Part shown: in pieces, positions 5,208 to 15,900 of the stretch | Numbering within the stretch: the stretch's first letter is position 1 | Layout of the letters: each line of letters starts with the position of its first letter | NCBI GenBank assembly: GCA_035637095.1 | Contig: DASPXX010000293.1 | Coordinates: 284-64,283, forward strand | DNA length: 64,000 bases | Reading direction: 5' to 3' | From: Thermoanaerobaculia bacterium | GTDB lineage: Bacteria; Acidobacteriota; Thermoanaerobaculia; Multivoradales; UBA5704 | Notes under the pieces: generated by a model | Told to the model about the DNA's origin: nothing | Databases searched by the model: none | What the model saw: only the letters and a program-made list of their open reading frames with translations | Position numbers and translations under genes: made by a program

Positions 5208-8200
5208 TCAGGGTGTGGGGCCTAACAGCTCGATCTTCGCCCCTTCCACCAGCTTGCGGAACGCCGGCACGTCCTCGGCCCAGACGCGGTCGACGCCGGC
5301 CAGGGCGGTTTTGGCCGTGGCCTCGGCGCGGTCGAGCTGGGAGAGCTGGGTGGCGTTCGGCGGGTCCCAGGAGGATTCGAGGGAGCGGCCGGCGTCCTGG
5401 ATCTGGGTGAAGGCGGTTCCGCTGTCGTCCACGATGCCCTTGGTGCCGGGGGGCACGAAGAGCGTCTTCTCCGCGGCGTCGAGCTTCGCCCTCAGACCCT
5501 TCGCGGCCTTCTTCAGATCGCGGTTGGGGTCTTCGCCTTCCTCGCTCTTGTCTTTCCGCGCCTTGTCCGCGGCGTCGAGCTTCTTCTGGACCAGGTCGAG
5601 GTCGGCGCGGGCTGCCGCGATCCGGTCGGTCGCCGCGCCCAGAGAGTCCTGGACGGTGCGGATACGCTCGAAGGCGGCCTCGCGCGCCTGCCAGTCCCCG
5701 GCGGTGTTCTTGGTGAGCGGAGACGGCACCACCTGGGCGGTCCCCTCCGCCACGTGGTCCTTGTACTTCACCTTCACCCGGTAGGTGCCGGGCGGCACCT
5801 TCGGACCGCTCCGTGGCTCACGCTGCCGCCCCCGGCTGTCGGTGGGCGGCGCCACGAAGGCGTCGCGGCCGAGGTCCCAGGTGGCGCGGTTGAAGCCGAG
5901 CTGCGCCGGACCGTCCATCTTGCGGACCAGCTTGCCGGAGGCGTCCTCGATCCGGATCTCCACGCGTGGGCCTTTGTCCTTGTCCTTCCCCTTCGCTCCG
6001 GTGTCCGCCGTGGCCTCGGGGTCCTCCTTGAGCGTCTCGCCCGGCTTGGCGGGTCCCTTCGCGGCGGTGGCCCGCGCCGCAGCCCGCTCCTCCTCCTTGC
6101 GCGCGCGCTCCGCCTCCTCCTCGGGGAGCGGCAGGCCGGGGAGATTCAAGGAATAGGTGAGCTCGACGCCGTACGGCCGGTTCTCGCCGTGGAAGTCGCC
6201 GGCGCCGGCCCGCGTGTTGCCGTTCCCGATCTCGCGGCGGTCGAGGCGGCCGGCCGTCGACGGGTACAGGTGGAGCGGCTCGCGCAGCACCTCCGGCGTC
6301 AGATGGCGGAGCGGCGTGATGTCGTCCACGATGTAGAGGCCCCGACCGTGGGTGGCGATCACCAGGTCGTTCTCGCGCGGATGGATCGCCAGGTCGGCCA
6401 CAGCCGTGGTGGGCAGGCCGTGCTTCCAGCGCATCCACCGCCTGCCGCCGTCGGTCGACACGTAGAGGCCGAATTCCGTGCCCAGGAAGAGGAGGTCGCG
6501 GTCCACCGGGTCCTGCTCGATGGACAGGGCCCAGCCGTCGACGTCCCTGGTCGCCAGGCTCTTCCAGGTCTTCCCCCAGTCGTCGGTGCGGAAGACGTAG
6601 GGCGCCCAGTCCTCGCGCCGGTGGTTGTCCATCACCAGGAAGGCGCTCGCGGCGTCGAAGCGCGACGGGCGGATGTGCGGCACCCAGGTGTTCGCCGGCA
6701 CGCCCGGGATGTTCTTCTCGACGCTCGTCCAGGTCTTGCCGCCGTCCCGCGTCACGTGCACGCGCCCGTCGTCCGTGCCCACCCAGATCACGCCTCGCTC
6801 GATGGGACTCGGGGCGATGGCGAGGATGGTGGTGTAGCTCTCGGCCGCGGTGACGTCCGGCGTCAGGCCGCCGCTCTCCGACTGCTTCTGCCAGTCGGAG
6901 TTGTCGGTGGTCAGGTCCGGGCTCGCGATCGTCCATGTGTCGCCGCGGTCGGTGGACTTGTGGACGTACTGGCTGCCGTAGTAGAGGGTGCCCGGCTCGA
7001 ACGGATCGAGGGCGAGCCCCGAGCTCCAGTTGAAGCGGAGCGGCTCGTGCCCGTCGCCCGGCTTCGGCTCCGGCGGCTGGATCTCCTTGATCTCGCCGGT
7101 GTGCAGGTTCCAGCGCAAGAGCGCGCCCCCCTGGGACATCGAATACCCGATCTGGGAGTCCTGCGGATCGGGAGCCGCGTCGAAGCCGTCGCCGCCGCCG
7201 ATCCGCATCCAGTGCTGGTTGCGGATGCCACCCTCGTCGTCCTGGACCTCCGAAGGGCCGCGCCAGGTGCCGTTGTCCTGCAGGCCGCCGTAGAGGTTGT
7301 AGGGGACCTCCATGTCGACGTTCACGTGGTAGTACTGGCCGAGCGGCAGGTTCGGCGGGAAGTACCAGGTCCTGCCGCGGTCGCGGGTGATCGCCAGGCC
7401 GCCGTCGTCGCCCGCGATCAGATGGCTCGGATCGCGCGGATCGATCCACATCGTGTGGAAGTCGCCGTGAGTCTTCGTGTCGATCTCGTCGAAGCTCTTG
7501 CCGCTGTCGTTCGAGACCGAGAGGCGCGTCGCGATGTTGTAGACCCGGTTGGGCCAGGCGGGATCGACCCGGATCTCCGAATAGTAGAAGGGGCGGTTCG
7601 ACGTCCGCGGATCGTCGTTGGCGGTCTTCCAGGTGCGCCCGCCGTCCTCGGAGCGCACCAGCGCGCTCTTCGTGGCCTCGACGAGGGCGTAGACGATCTC
7701 CGGGTTGGAGCGCGAGATGGCGAGACCGATCCGGCCGAGGTCGCCGGAGGGCAGCCCGTCGTCCTCGGTCAGCCGCTTCCAGGTCTCCCCGCCGTCATCG
7801 GTCACGTGGAGACCGGAGCCGGGGCCGCCCGAGCGGAAGACCCAGGGCCGGCGGCGGTGCTCCCAGAGCGCGGCAAAGAGCTTGTTCGGATTGGCGGGGT
7901 CCATCGCCAGGTCGGCCGCGCCGGTCCGCTCGTCGACGTAGAGAACCTTGCGCCAGGTGCGTCCGCCGTCGGTCGTCTTGAACACGCCGCGGTCGGCGTT
8001 CTCCCCCCACAGCTGGCCGAGGGCCGCCACCCAGGCGACGTCCGGGTTGGTGGGATGGAGGATGATGCGCGAGATGCGCTCGGTCTTTTCGAGGCCCAGG
8101 TGCTTCCAGGTGCGCCCGCCGTCGAGCGAGCGGTAGACGCCCCAGCCGACCGAGACGCTGTTGCGCGGGTTGTCCTCGCCGGTGCCCACCCAGACGACGT

Positions 8201-8540
8201 CCGGATTGGCCTGGAAGACGGCGATCGCGCCGACCGACGCCACCTTCTGGCTGTCGAAGACCGGATCCCAGGTGAGCCCGCCGTTGACCGTCTTCCAGAC
8301 GCCGCCGTTGGCCGAGCCGACGTAGAGCACGTCGGGATTCGATTCGACGCCCACGACGTCGGAGACGCGGCCGCTCATCGCGGCCGGACCGATGGAGCGC
8401 GCCTTCAAGCCGGCGAAAAGGGACGGATCGATCGGGTCCGCCGCGAGCGGAGCGGTCGGGAGGAGGGGCAGGGCGAGCGCGAGCACGGATGCGGAGAGGA
8501 TGGCGGTTCGACGCATGCACCGTTTGATATCCCGGCGCAT
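5208..8540 (-). CDS. Secreted BNR/Asp-box repeat protein (sortilin/VPS10-like, glycosyl-hydrolase-like beta-propeller), 1110 aa
   Basis: N-terminal signal peptide (MRRDIKRCMRRTAILSASVLALALPLLPTAPLAA). At least 9 Asp-box motifs S/T-x-D-x-G-x-T-W (SLDGGRTW, TTDGGRTW, TDDGGETW, SEDGGRTW, TRDRGRTW, STDRGDTW, TRDGGKTW, TDDWGKTW, STDGGRRW). The long uninterrupted ORF is antisense to the spurious ORF 5754..9239. Confidence 0.85.
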   Translation of the reverse strand: MRRDIKRCMRRTAILSASVLALALPLLPTAPLAADPIDPSLFAGLKARSIGPAAMSGRVSDVVGVESNPDVLYVGSANGGVWKTVNGGLTWDPVFDSQKVASVGAIAVFQANPDVVWVGTGEDNPRNSVSVGWGVYRSLDGGRTWKHLGLEKTERISRIILHPTNPDVAWVAALGQLWGENADRGVFKTTDGGRTWRKVLYVDERTGAADLAMDPANPNKLFAALWEHRRRPWVFRSGGPGSGLHVTDDGGETWKRLTEDDGLPSGDLGRIGLAISRSNPEIVYALVEATKSALVRSEDGGRTWKTANDDPRTSNRPFYYSEIRVDPAWPNRVYNIATRLSVSNDSGKSFDEIDTKTHGDFHTMWIDPRDPSHLIAGDDGGLAITRDRGRTWYFPPNLPLGQYYHVNVDMEVPYNLYGGLQDNGTWRGPSEVQDDEGGIRNQHWMRIGGGDGFDAAPDPQDSQIGYSMSQGGALLRWNLHTGEIKEIQPPEPKPGDGHEPLRFNWSSGLALDPFEPGTLYYGSQYVHKSTDRGDTWTIASPDLTTDNSDWQKQSESGGLTPDVTAAESYTTILAIAPSPIERGVIWVGTDDGRVHVTRDGGKTWTSVEKNIPGVPANTWVPHIRPSRFDAASAFLVMDNHRREDWAPYVFRTDDWGKTWKSLATRDVDGWALSIEQDPVDRDLLFLGTEFGLYVSTDGGRRWMRWKHGLPTTAVADLAIHPRENDLVIATHGRGLYIVDDITPLRHLTPEVLREPLHLYPSTAGRLDRREIGNGNTRAGAGDFHGENRPYGVELTYSLNLPGLPLPEEEAERARKEEERAAARATAAKGPAKPGETLKEDPEATADTGAKGKDKDKGPRVEIRIEDASGKLVRKMDGPAQLGFNRATWDLGRDAFVAPPTDSRGRQREPRSGPKVPPGTYRVKVKYKDHVAEGTAQVVPSPLTKNTAGDWQAREAAFERIRTVQDSLGAATDRIAAARADLDLVQKKLDAADKARKDKSEEGEDPNRDLKKAAKGLRAKLDAAEKTLFVPPGTKGIVDDSGTAFTQIQDAGRSLESSWDPPNATQLSQLDRAEATAKTALAGVDRVWAEDVPAFRKLVEGAKIELLGPTP

Positions 8541-8593
8541 CGCCGGGTGTCAACTTGGGTCTTTGCGCTATCCTTCCGCGAGGAGGTCCGCAA

Positions 8594-9349
8594 ATGCGCC
8601 TGCACGTCCTCGGCAGCTCCGGGGGGTATTCCGTCCCCGACAACCCCTGTACCGGCTTCCTCCTCGAGCACGGGGAGGCGCGGCTGTGGATCGATGCGGG
8701 CACCGGCACGCTGGCCGCCGTGCAGCGAATTCTCCCCCTGGAGAGGATCGACGCGCTCGTCGTCTCGCACGTCCACGCCGACCACTGCGCCGACCTCTTC
8801 ACCGCCTACGTGGCCTTCCGCTTCCAGCTCGACGGCAAGCCGCTACGCAAGCCGCTCTGGGCGCCGCGCGAGGTCTGGGAGGTCGTGCCGCGCTTCCTCG
8901 ACCCCTCGGGCGCCGGAGTCCTCAAGCTGGAGGAGGCCTTCGAGTTCCATCCGCTGGAGGACGGCGCCGAGGCCGAGATCGCCGGAATCCGCTTCCGCTG
9001 TGAGCGCACCGATCATCCGGTCGAGACCCTGGCCTTGCGCGCCGAGGCGGACGGCGCCGTCCTCGCCTTCTCGGCCGACACGGGACCGGCGGCGGACCTC
9101 ACCGGGCTCGCCCGCGACGCCGACCTCTTCGTCTGCGAAGCCTGCTACCAGAACGCCGCCATGGGAGGCCCGGTCCACCTCTCCGCCCGGCAGGCCGCCG
9201 GCCTCGCCCGCCGCGCCGGAGTCCGCAAGCTCGCCCTGACCCACATCTGGCCGACCCTCGACCCCGAGGTCTCGCTCGACGAGGCCCGCGAAGCGGCGGG
9301 GGAGGTGCCGGTCGAGCTGGCGCGGCCGGGCGGGGTGTTCGAGATCTGA
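8594..9349 (+). CDS. MBL-fold metallo-hydrolase (RNase Z / ElaC-like)
   Basis: MRLHVLGSSGGYSVPDNPCTGFLLEHGEARLWIDAGTG...IDALVVSHVHADHCADL.. carries the HxHxDH metallo-beta-lactamase motif. SD gcGAGGAGGtccgcaaATG. The listed ORF starts 39 nt upstream at TTG. Confidence 0.8.
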   Translation: MRLHVLGSSGGYSVPDNPCTGFLLEHGEARLWIDAGTGTLAAVQRILPLERIDALVVSHVHADHCADLFTAYVAFRFQLDGKPLRKPLWAPREVWEVVPRFLDPSGAGVLKLEEAFEFHPLEDGAEAEIAGIRFRCERTDHPVETLALRAEADGAVLAFSADTGPAADLTGLARDADLFVCEACYQNAAMGGPVHLSARQAAGLARRAGVRKLALTHIWPTLDPEVSLDEAREAAGEVPVELARPGGVFEI

Positions 9350-9414
9350 GCCGCAACCCGGGCCGCGTTTCTCCGTATCAACACCGCTGACCCTGTCGTC
9401 GTGGAGGAACCCGT

Positions 9415-10983
9415 ATGCCCGAGAGATCCCGCTTCTGGCTTTCCCTGTACCTGATGTGCTTTGCCCTGCTCGCGGCCCCACTGACCGCTCAGCAGCCGCC
9501 CGCCTCTCCACCGGACGCCAAGACCGCCGAGGCCGCCAAAGGTCAAGACAAGGGTCAGGACAAGAAGCCGGCGCCGGAAGAGAAGTCTTCGCGGACCCAG
9601 CACTCGATCACCCTGGACGGCCAGAAGATCCCGTACACCGCCACCGCCGGCACCATCCTCTTGAAAGACGAGGACGGCACGCCCAAGGCCTCGGTCTTCT
9701 CCATCGCCTACACCCGCGACGGGGTGAAGGACCCGGGGACCCGGCCGGTGACCTTCGCGTTCAACGGCGGCCCGGGCTCGGCCTCCCTCTGGGTCCACAT
9801 GGGAGCTTTCGGACCGAAGCGGGTCGAGCGCGATCCGGAGGGCATGGCCCTGAAGCCCCCGGGCCGCATGGTGGACAACGAGTTCTCCCTCCTCGACACG
9901 ACCGACCTGGTGTTCATCGATCCGGTCGACACCGGCTACAGCCGCACCGTTCCGGGGCAGGACCCCAAGCAGTTCCACGGCGTGCTGCAGGACGTGCAAT
10001 CGGTCGGCGAGTTCATCCGCCTCTGGGTGACGCGCAACCAGCGCTGGGCCTCGCCCAAGTTCATCGCCGGCGAGAGCTACGGCACCACCCGCGCCGCCGG
10101 TCTCGCCCGCTACCTGGACGAACGCTACGGCATGCAGCTCAACGGTGTCGTCCTGGTCTCCTCGGTCCTCAACTGGCAGAACCAGGAGTTCCACACGGGC
10201 AACGACATGCCCTACATCGTCCATCTCCCCACCTACGCGGCCACCGCCTGGTACCACAAGAAGCTGGCGCCCGAGCTCGAGCAGCGCGACCTGCGCTCGG
10301 TGCTCGAGGAGGTGGAGGAGTTCTCCCGCACCGAGTACGCGCAGGCGCTTTTGGAAGGCGACCGCCTCTCTGCCGACCGCCGCAAGGAGATCGCGGCGAA
10401 GGTGGCCCACTACTCAGGCCTGTCGCCCGACTACGTCGAGCGCACCAACCTGCGGATCGACATCTACCGCTTCGTCAAGGAGCTGCTGCGCGACGAGGGG
10501 AAGACCGTGGGGCGCCTGGACACCCGCTTCACCGGCCGCGACCTCGACTCCGCGGGCGAAAACTTCGAGTACGACCCGGCCTCGGCCTCCGTGGGGGGGC
10601 CGTACGTGGCGGCGGCGAACGACTACATCCGCCGGGAGCTCAACTTCCAGGAAGACCTGCCCTACGAGTTCCTGAGCGATAAAGTCTTTCCCTGGAGCTT
10701 CGAGGACTACCAGAACCAGTACCTGAACATGGCCGAGTACCTGCGGCAGGCCATGGTGCGCAATCCGGACCTGAAGGTGCTCATCACCGCCGGCTATTAC
10801 GACCTGGCGACCCCGTATTACGACGCCTTCTTCACGGTCGACCACCTGAACCTGCCGCCCGAGCTGCGCGACCACATCCGGATCACTACCTATGAAGCCG
10901 GCCACATGATGTACATCCGCGCCTCCGAGCACCGCAGGCTCAAGCAGGAGATCGTGAAGTTCATCGGAGAGGCGACGCGGTGA
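9415..10983 (+). CDS. Secreted serine carboxypeptidase, peptidase family S10
   Basis: Signal peptide MPERSRFWLSLYLMCFALLAAPLTAQ. Then ..TFAFNGGPGSASLWVHMGAFGP.. and FIAGESYGTTRAAGLARYL (GESYxG serine motif of S10). SD GGAGGaacccgtATG. Confidence 0.85.
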   Translation: MPERSRFWLSLYLMCFALLAAPLTAQQPPASPPDAKTAEAAKGQDKGQDKKPAPEEKSSRTQHSITLDGQKIPYTATAGTILLKDEDGTPKASVFSIAYTRDGVKDPGTRPVTFAFNGGPGSASLWVHMGAFGPKRVERDPEGMALKPPGRMVDNEFSLLDTTDLVFIDPVDTGYSRTVPGQDPKQFHGVLQDVQSVGEFIRLWVTRNQRWASPKFIAGESYGTTRAAGLARYLDERYGMQLNGVVLVSSVLNWQNQEFHTGNDMPYIVHLPTYAATAWYHKKLAPELEQRDLRSVLEEVEEFSRTEYAQALLEGDRLSADRRKEIAAKVAHYSGLSPDYVERTNLRIDIYRFVKELLRDEGKTVGRLDTRFTGRDLDSAGENFEYDPASASVGGPYVAAANDYIRRELNFQEDLPYEFLSDKVFPWSFEDYQNQYLNMAEYLRQAMVRNPDLKVLITAGYYDLATPYYDAFFTVDHLNLPPELRDHIRITTYEAGHMMYIRASEHRRLKQEIVKFIGEATR

Positions 10984-11026
10984 GGGAGGCCTTGCGCCGG
11001 CCGGCCGCCTGTGCTTCCATGGCTCC

Positions 11027-11290
11027 ATGAGTGGCCGGCTGTCCGACACACCACCCGAGATCGAGGAGATCCTGCTCGCGGGATATCGCCGGATGACGCC
11101 CGCGCAGAAGCTGGAGCGGGTCATGGATCTCAACCGCGCCGCGCGCGAGATGGCGCTGGCGCGCATCCGGGCGACCTACGGGCCGGATCTCTCCGAAGGG
11201 GAGGAACGCCTGCGCCTGGCCGCGCTCTGGCTGGACCGCGAGACGATGATCCGGGTCTTCGGCTGGGATCCGGAGGTCCAGGGCTACTGA
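11027..11290 (+). CDS. Small hypothetical protein (87 aa), partner of the downstream nucleotidyltransferase
   Basis: MSGRLSDTPPEIEEILLAGYRRMTPAQKLERVMDLNRAAREMALARIRATYGPDLSEGEERLRLAALWLDRETMIRVFGWDPEVQGY. Its stop is 1 nt before the next gene start (tgacATG). Confidence 0.6.
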   Translation: MSGRLSDTPPEIEEILLAGYRRMTPAQKLERVMDLNRAAREMALARIRATYGPDLSEGEERLRLAALWLDRETMIRVFGWDPEVQGY

Positions 11291-11291
11291 C

Positions 11292-11876
11292 ATGCCTCTC
11301 GCCGAGGCGCTCCAGGTCACTCTGGAGGTGGTTCGAGTGCTGGAAACCCTCGAAATCCCCTATCTCCTTGGTGGTTCCCTGACCAGCTCCCTCCACGGGA
11401 TTCCCCGCACCACCCAGGATGCCGACCTGGTCGCCGACCTCCAACTCTCGCATGTGGCGCCTCTGGTGGAGCGCCTGAGCGGCGCCTTCTACATCGATGA
11501 CAAGCGCGCCCGGGATGCCATCCGGCGGCGCGCCTCCTTCAACCTCATTCATCTCGCCACCATGACCAAGGTGGACATTTTTATTCTGAAGGACGACCCG
11601 CTCGCGCGGCGCGAGATGGAGCGCCGCCAGTGGATTGCGCTTCCCGGTGGCGAGGGCGCTTCCCTGTGGGTCGCCACCGCCGAGGACATCGTCATCCAGA
11701 AGCTCGCCTGGTTCGTTCTGGGCGGGGAGGAGTCGGAGCGGCAGTGGAACGACGTTCAGGGCGTCTTGAAGGTTCAGCGGGGCAAGTTGGACCTCGAAGA
11801 CCTCCGGCGATCGGCAGCCGAGGCAGGGGTGGAAGACCTGTTGGAGAGGGCTCTGTCCGAAGCCGGCGGAAGCTGA
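11292..11876 (+). CDS. Minimal nucleotidyltransferase-fold protein (194 aa)
   Basis: ..IPYLLGGSLTSSLHGIPRTTQDADLVADL.. carries the GS-x(9-13)-DxD signature of the Pol-beta-like nucleotidyltransferase superfamily. Tightly coupled to the upstream 87-aa gene. Confidence 0.7.
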   Translation: MPLAEALQVTLEVVRVLETLEIPYLLGGSLTSSLHGIPRTTQDADLVADLQLSHVAPLVERLSGAFYIDDKRARDAIRRRASFNLIHLATMTKVDIFILKDDPLARREMERRQWIALPGGEGASLWVATAEDIVIQKLAWFVLGGEESERQWNDVQGVLKVQRGKLDLEDLRRSAAEAGVEDLLERALSEAGGS

Positions 11877-11897
11877 GCCCGAGCGAGCGGGTCGGAA

Positions 11898-12316
11898 GCC
11901 CTCTCGGGTGCCTCATCCGACCTCTCGGACGCGCCATCCGACGTCTCGGGTGGACCATCCGACCCCTCGGATGAGGCATCCGACCTTTCGGGTGCACCAC
12001 CCGAGGCCTCGAACGCGCCATCCGACCCCTCGAATGCGCCATCCGACGCCTCGTCTGTGACATTCGAGGCCTCGGATGCGACATCCGACCTCTCGAGCGT
12101 GACATCCGACCTCTCGGATGTGACATCCGAACCCTCGGATGCGCCATCCGACCTCTCGGATACGCCATCCGACGCCTCGGATGAGCCATCCGACGCCTCG
12201 AACGCGCCATCCGACGCCTCGAACGCGCCATCCGACCTCTCGGACGGGCCATCCGACGCCTCGGATGAGGCAACCGACGTCTCGGATGAGCCGTTCGACC
12301 TCTCGCCTGGCGGGAC
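11898..12316. repeat. Minisatellite: about 20 tandem copies of a degenerate 21-bp (7-codon) unit
   Basis: Unit is about gacgcctcggatgcgccatcc (gacctctcggacgcgccatcc, gacgtctcgggtggaccatcc, gacccctcggatgaggcatcc ...). It starts 22 nt after the nucleotidyltransferase stop. One frame is open from 11877 to 12386 encoding (A/G)PSD(L/A/P)S(D/N) heptads. Other frames give HPTPRTR or RSDGAFEAS repeats. Confidence 0.8.
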
Positions 12317-12359
12317 CAAGGGCACGGTTGCACCTCGCTCGGGGGAGCGCCCGCATCCT

Positions 12360-12939
12360 GCGGGCGGCCGAGGACCTCTTCGGTGACCAGCCGCCGGCGG
12401 CGATCGTCCTGACGCACGGCCATTTCGATCATCGCAGCTCGGCCCGGCAGCTGGCGGAGCACTGGGACGTGCCGGTCTATGCCCACCGTCGATCGTGGGA
12501 GATGCCTTCATACTTCTTCACGGCGTTCGTGAAGGAGCGGCGGCTCGGTGTCGTTCTGGTTGCTCCCTTTGACATCCGCCTTCCGGAGAGGATTGCAGAT
12601 CCCGTTGAGCCGGACGTCCTCTTCATCCGTCGCGAGCACCAGCCGCGGGCGGGTGATCTGCGGTTCGACGGCGTTCCGGACCTGGCGATCGAGGTCCTCT
12701 CTCCAGGGAACTGGCGGTTCGACCGGAACACCAAGCTCCCTGCCTACCGCGATGCCGGCACCCCCGAGACCTGGCTGGTCGATCCGATTGCGAGGACGGT
12801 CGAGGTCTACGCGTTGGACCCCAAGCGGGCGGAGTACGCTCTACGGGAACGGCGGGAGGAGGGCGAAACCGTGAGCTCCGCCATTCTCCCGGGCCTCCGG
12901 ATCACCGTGGCCGAGCTGTTCCCCTCTGCCGATTCTTGA
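12360..12939 (+). pseudogene. Mosaic remnant: MBL-fold fragment fused in-frame to the C-terminal half of a Uma2-family (DUF820) endonuclease
   Basis: Within ORF 12139..12939: ..AAIVLTHGHFDHRSSARQLAEHWDVPVYAH.. (MBL HxHxDH region only). It is followed directly by ..RLGVVLVAPFDIRLPE...PDVLFIRREHQ...GVPDLAIEVLSPGNWRFDRNTKLPAYRDAGTPETWLVDPIARTVEVYAL, which is the Uma2 central and C-terminal part. The N-terminus of the same ORF is the minisatellite read in the HPTPRTR frame. Confidence 0.4.
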
Positions 12940-12987
12940 AGGGACATCCCCCCCGGGGCGGACCAGCAATCGGGGTAGACTAAGGCG

Positions 12988-15900
12988 TTGGCGGTCACAC
13001 CCTTCGTCATGCAGACACCTCTCCCCGAGATCCTCGAGCTCGCTCGTGAGCACCAGGTCGAGCAGGAGGCGTTTTCCGGTTTCGTCGAGCGGTTGAGCAC
13101 GCTGCTCGTTCGCTGGGAGATCCCGACTGGCGGCCGACGAGCGGCGCTCGCCGACTACCTCGACCAGCGGGCAGCAGCCGGTATCACGGCAGCGGACGAG
13201 CAACCGGTGGTCGACGCACTCACCCGCCAGATCCTCGAGGCCCTCGGTTACCGCGACGGCGACTACACCTATAACCAGATGCTCACGGACGGTCCTGATC
13301 GGCCGGATTTCACGATCCGGGTCGACGAGTTTCTAGGACCGTTGCCCGTGTTTCTGGTCGAGGACAAGTCCACTTCGGTGCGCGACTTCGAGCGCCGGCA
13401 GCGCAAGGGCGCTGAAGAAGAATCCCCCGTTGAGCAGCTCCGCCGCTATGTCCTTGCGGGCGCGGTGCACGGCCGCGCCGGCCTCCTCTGCAACGGCTGG
13501 CGGCTCGAGGCCTGGGAGTTTGGCGCCGAGGGAGCGATCCGGCTGGTCCAGATCGACCTCCATGGGCTCGCGCGGGCCGCGCTGGCAGGGGCCGAGCTCG
13601 GCCAACGGCCCGCGCTCCGCGCCCTCTGGAAGAGATTTTCACGTTTCGCCTTCACCCACGCCCGCGAGCTCACCGAGCGGTCGCTCACCACCCCGCCTCT
13701 CGGCGTCGAGGGAATCGAGCGCGTCCAGAAGGCCCTCTCCCGGCGGGGCAGGACCCAGGACTTGGAAGCGGAGTTGCTCGCCCACCATGAGCGGGTCTGG
13801 CGCGAACAAGCCGCCGATGTGCGGCAAACGCCGGAGAGCCTGGTTGCGGCCCTCCGCGACCTGATCGAACAGTTCGCGGAGGACGTGCTCCACCAGCTCG
13901 ACGAAGTGCTCGCCCGCCATCGCACGTACGAGGCGGCGCGGGCGGAGCTGGCTCCGGCCGAGGCCGCGGCACGCCTGCGCCAGGACGTGGTGTTGCGCCA
14001 GACCAGCTTCGACTTGACGAAGGAGGACTTCGAGCTCCGCCTCCTCGCACCACTGGACGAGTGGTGCCGGCGCCCACGCCTGGAGGATCTCGACGAGAAG
14101 GTGGCCGCCTGGCTGGCTGCCCTCGAGCCCCTCGTCAAGCTCTCGAACGGCCCGGCGGCCCACCCGGCCGCCCAACTCGCCCTCGCGCCGGCGACCGAGC
14201 CCCCGCAAGGTCCGCGAATGGGCGTACCCAAGAATGGTGCGGCGAATGGGAAGCGCAAGATCCTTCAGGGTATGGAAGCGGCGCTGCGCAAGGTGGGCCA
14301 GCGGGCGATCGAGGACTATGCGGCGATCCAGCAGCTCGAAGAGGAATACCGCGCGACATTGCGTGCGGCGGATGCCTACCAGACCTGGGCGCGGCGGGTC
14401 TCGTCGAGCGCTCTCGTCGGTTTGCCGGAGGCCGAGTTCCGGCGCGAGTTCGCGCGCCAGACTGCCTACGTTTACATCATCCGCCTGCTGCTCGTGCGTA
14501 TCTGCGAGGACAAGGGGCTGTTCCGGCGCAAGCTCTCCGATGGTGGACTGATCCTCTGGAAGGAGCGGGTGCCGCAGTACCTCGACTACGCCTCGGGACG
14601 GTCCTACGAGTACCTGACCCGCATGGCCTATGAGTGCGCGCAGAACGTCTACGTTCACTTCTACGGCGCCTCCGAGCTGTTCGACTGGTACCGGATGGAC
14701 GACAAGATGCTGCTGCGCGCTCTGCTCGTCCTCAATGCGTTCAACCTCGAAGGGATCGACACCGACATCATCGGTGCCGTCTACGGCCGGTACCTCGAAG
14801 AGGGCAAACACGAGCAGGGGCGCTATTACACGCCGAAGGCGCTGGTGACCCACATGCTGGATCTCGCCGGCTGGCGCGGCGAGGAGATCGTCGGCCGCCG
14901 GCTCGCCGATCTCGCCTGCGGCTCCGGCAGCTTTCTGGTCGAGGCCTGCCGGCGATTGCTCGACACGTTCCGCAATCGTGAGGGCCGGATCCCGAAAGCG
15001 AAGCTCCGGCCCGCGCTCGAGGAGGTGCAGCGCTCGCTCCACGGCCTCGAGATCAACCCGTTCGCCTGCTATCTCGCAGAGACGAACCTGCTGATTCAGG
15101 TGCTCGACCTCCTCAAACAGGCCAAGGACGAGGGCATCACGCTGGTCGTCGACCGGTTCCGGATCTACTGTGAGGACTCTCTGATCGTCGCGCAGAAGCT
15201 CGGCGAGGTGTCGGAAACATCCCTCTTCCTCCTCGGCAAGGACCGGGCGGCAGCCGAGCAGATCAAGGCACGGACGGGCCCGTTCGCCGCCGGCTTCGAC
15301 GTTCTGGTCGGGAACCCACCCTACGTGCGCGCCGACGAAGACGCTCCCGCCTGGGCCGCCTACCGGCGCCGGCTCGAGAATCAGGAGTGGTTCTCGACCC
15401 GTCACCAGAAGTGGGACCTCTACGTCCCGTTCGTCGAGCAGTATCACCGGCTGCTCGCCGACCGGCCGGACGCCCGCTGTTGCCTGGTGACGATCGAATC
15501 CCTGGCCACCGCCCCGTATGCCGAGAAGCTCCGCGAGCTCCTGCTCCGGAAGTCCACTCTCCATGACGTCCTGGTGACCCGCGGGCTCAAGCTGTTCGAG
15601 GACGCGAAGTGGCAGGACAACTTGATCTTTTCGTTCTCGCGAGGCGCGCCGGCGCCAGAGCATCGCATCCGGCGATCGATTGCAGAGAACAGAGACGAGC
15701 GAGGAGAGATTCTCACCGAGCCCCTCGATGAGATCGTCCAGGCAGAAGCCGATCCCGACCGGCTCTTCCGTGCGCGCGAGCAGGTCGAGCTCGACCTCGA
15801 GAAGACCGTGCGGCTCGAAGAGATCTGCTACGTCTCGAAGGGTATGGTGCTGCATTCGAACGAAAAGCTGAGAGACGGCCAGATCGTGCTCGTGCCTCCG

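Noticed and set aside
5754-9239. 1161-aa ORF on the plus strand opposite the BNR-repeat protein gene
   Set aside because: Arg/Gly/Ala/Pro-rich low-complexity translation with no motifs. The opposite strand encodes a motif-rich Asp-box protein with a signal peptide. Long antisense ORFs are expected at about 70% GC.
11898-12316. CRISPR array as an explanation for the tandem repeats
   Set aside because: Units are contiguous 21-mers with no unique spacers and no cas genes nearby. It is a minisatellite.
12057-12386. Stand-alone gene 12057..12386 starting at GTG inside the minisatellite
   Set aside because: The frame is open from the previous gene stop. There is no SD, and the start is an arbitrary first GTG. 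Treated as repeat sequence of uncertain coding status.
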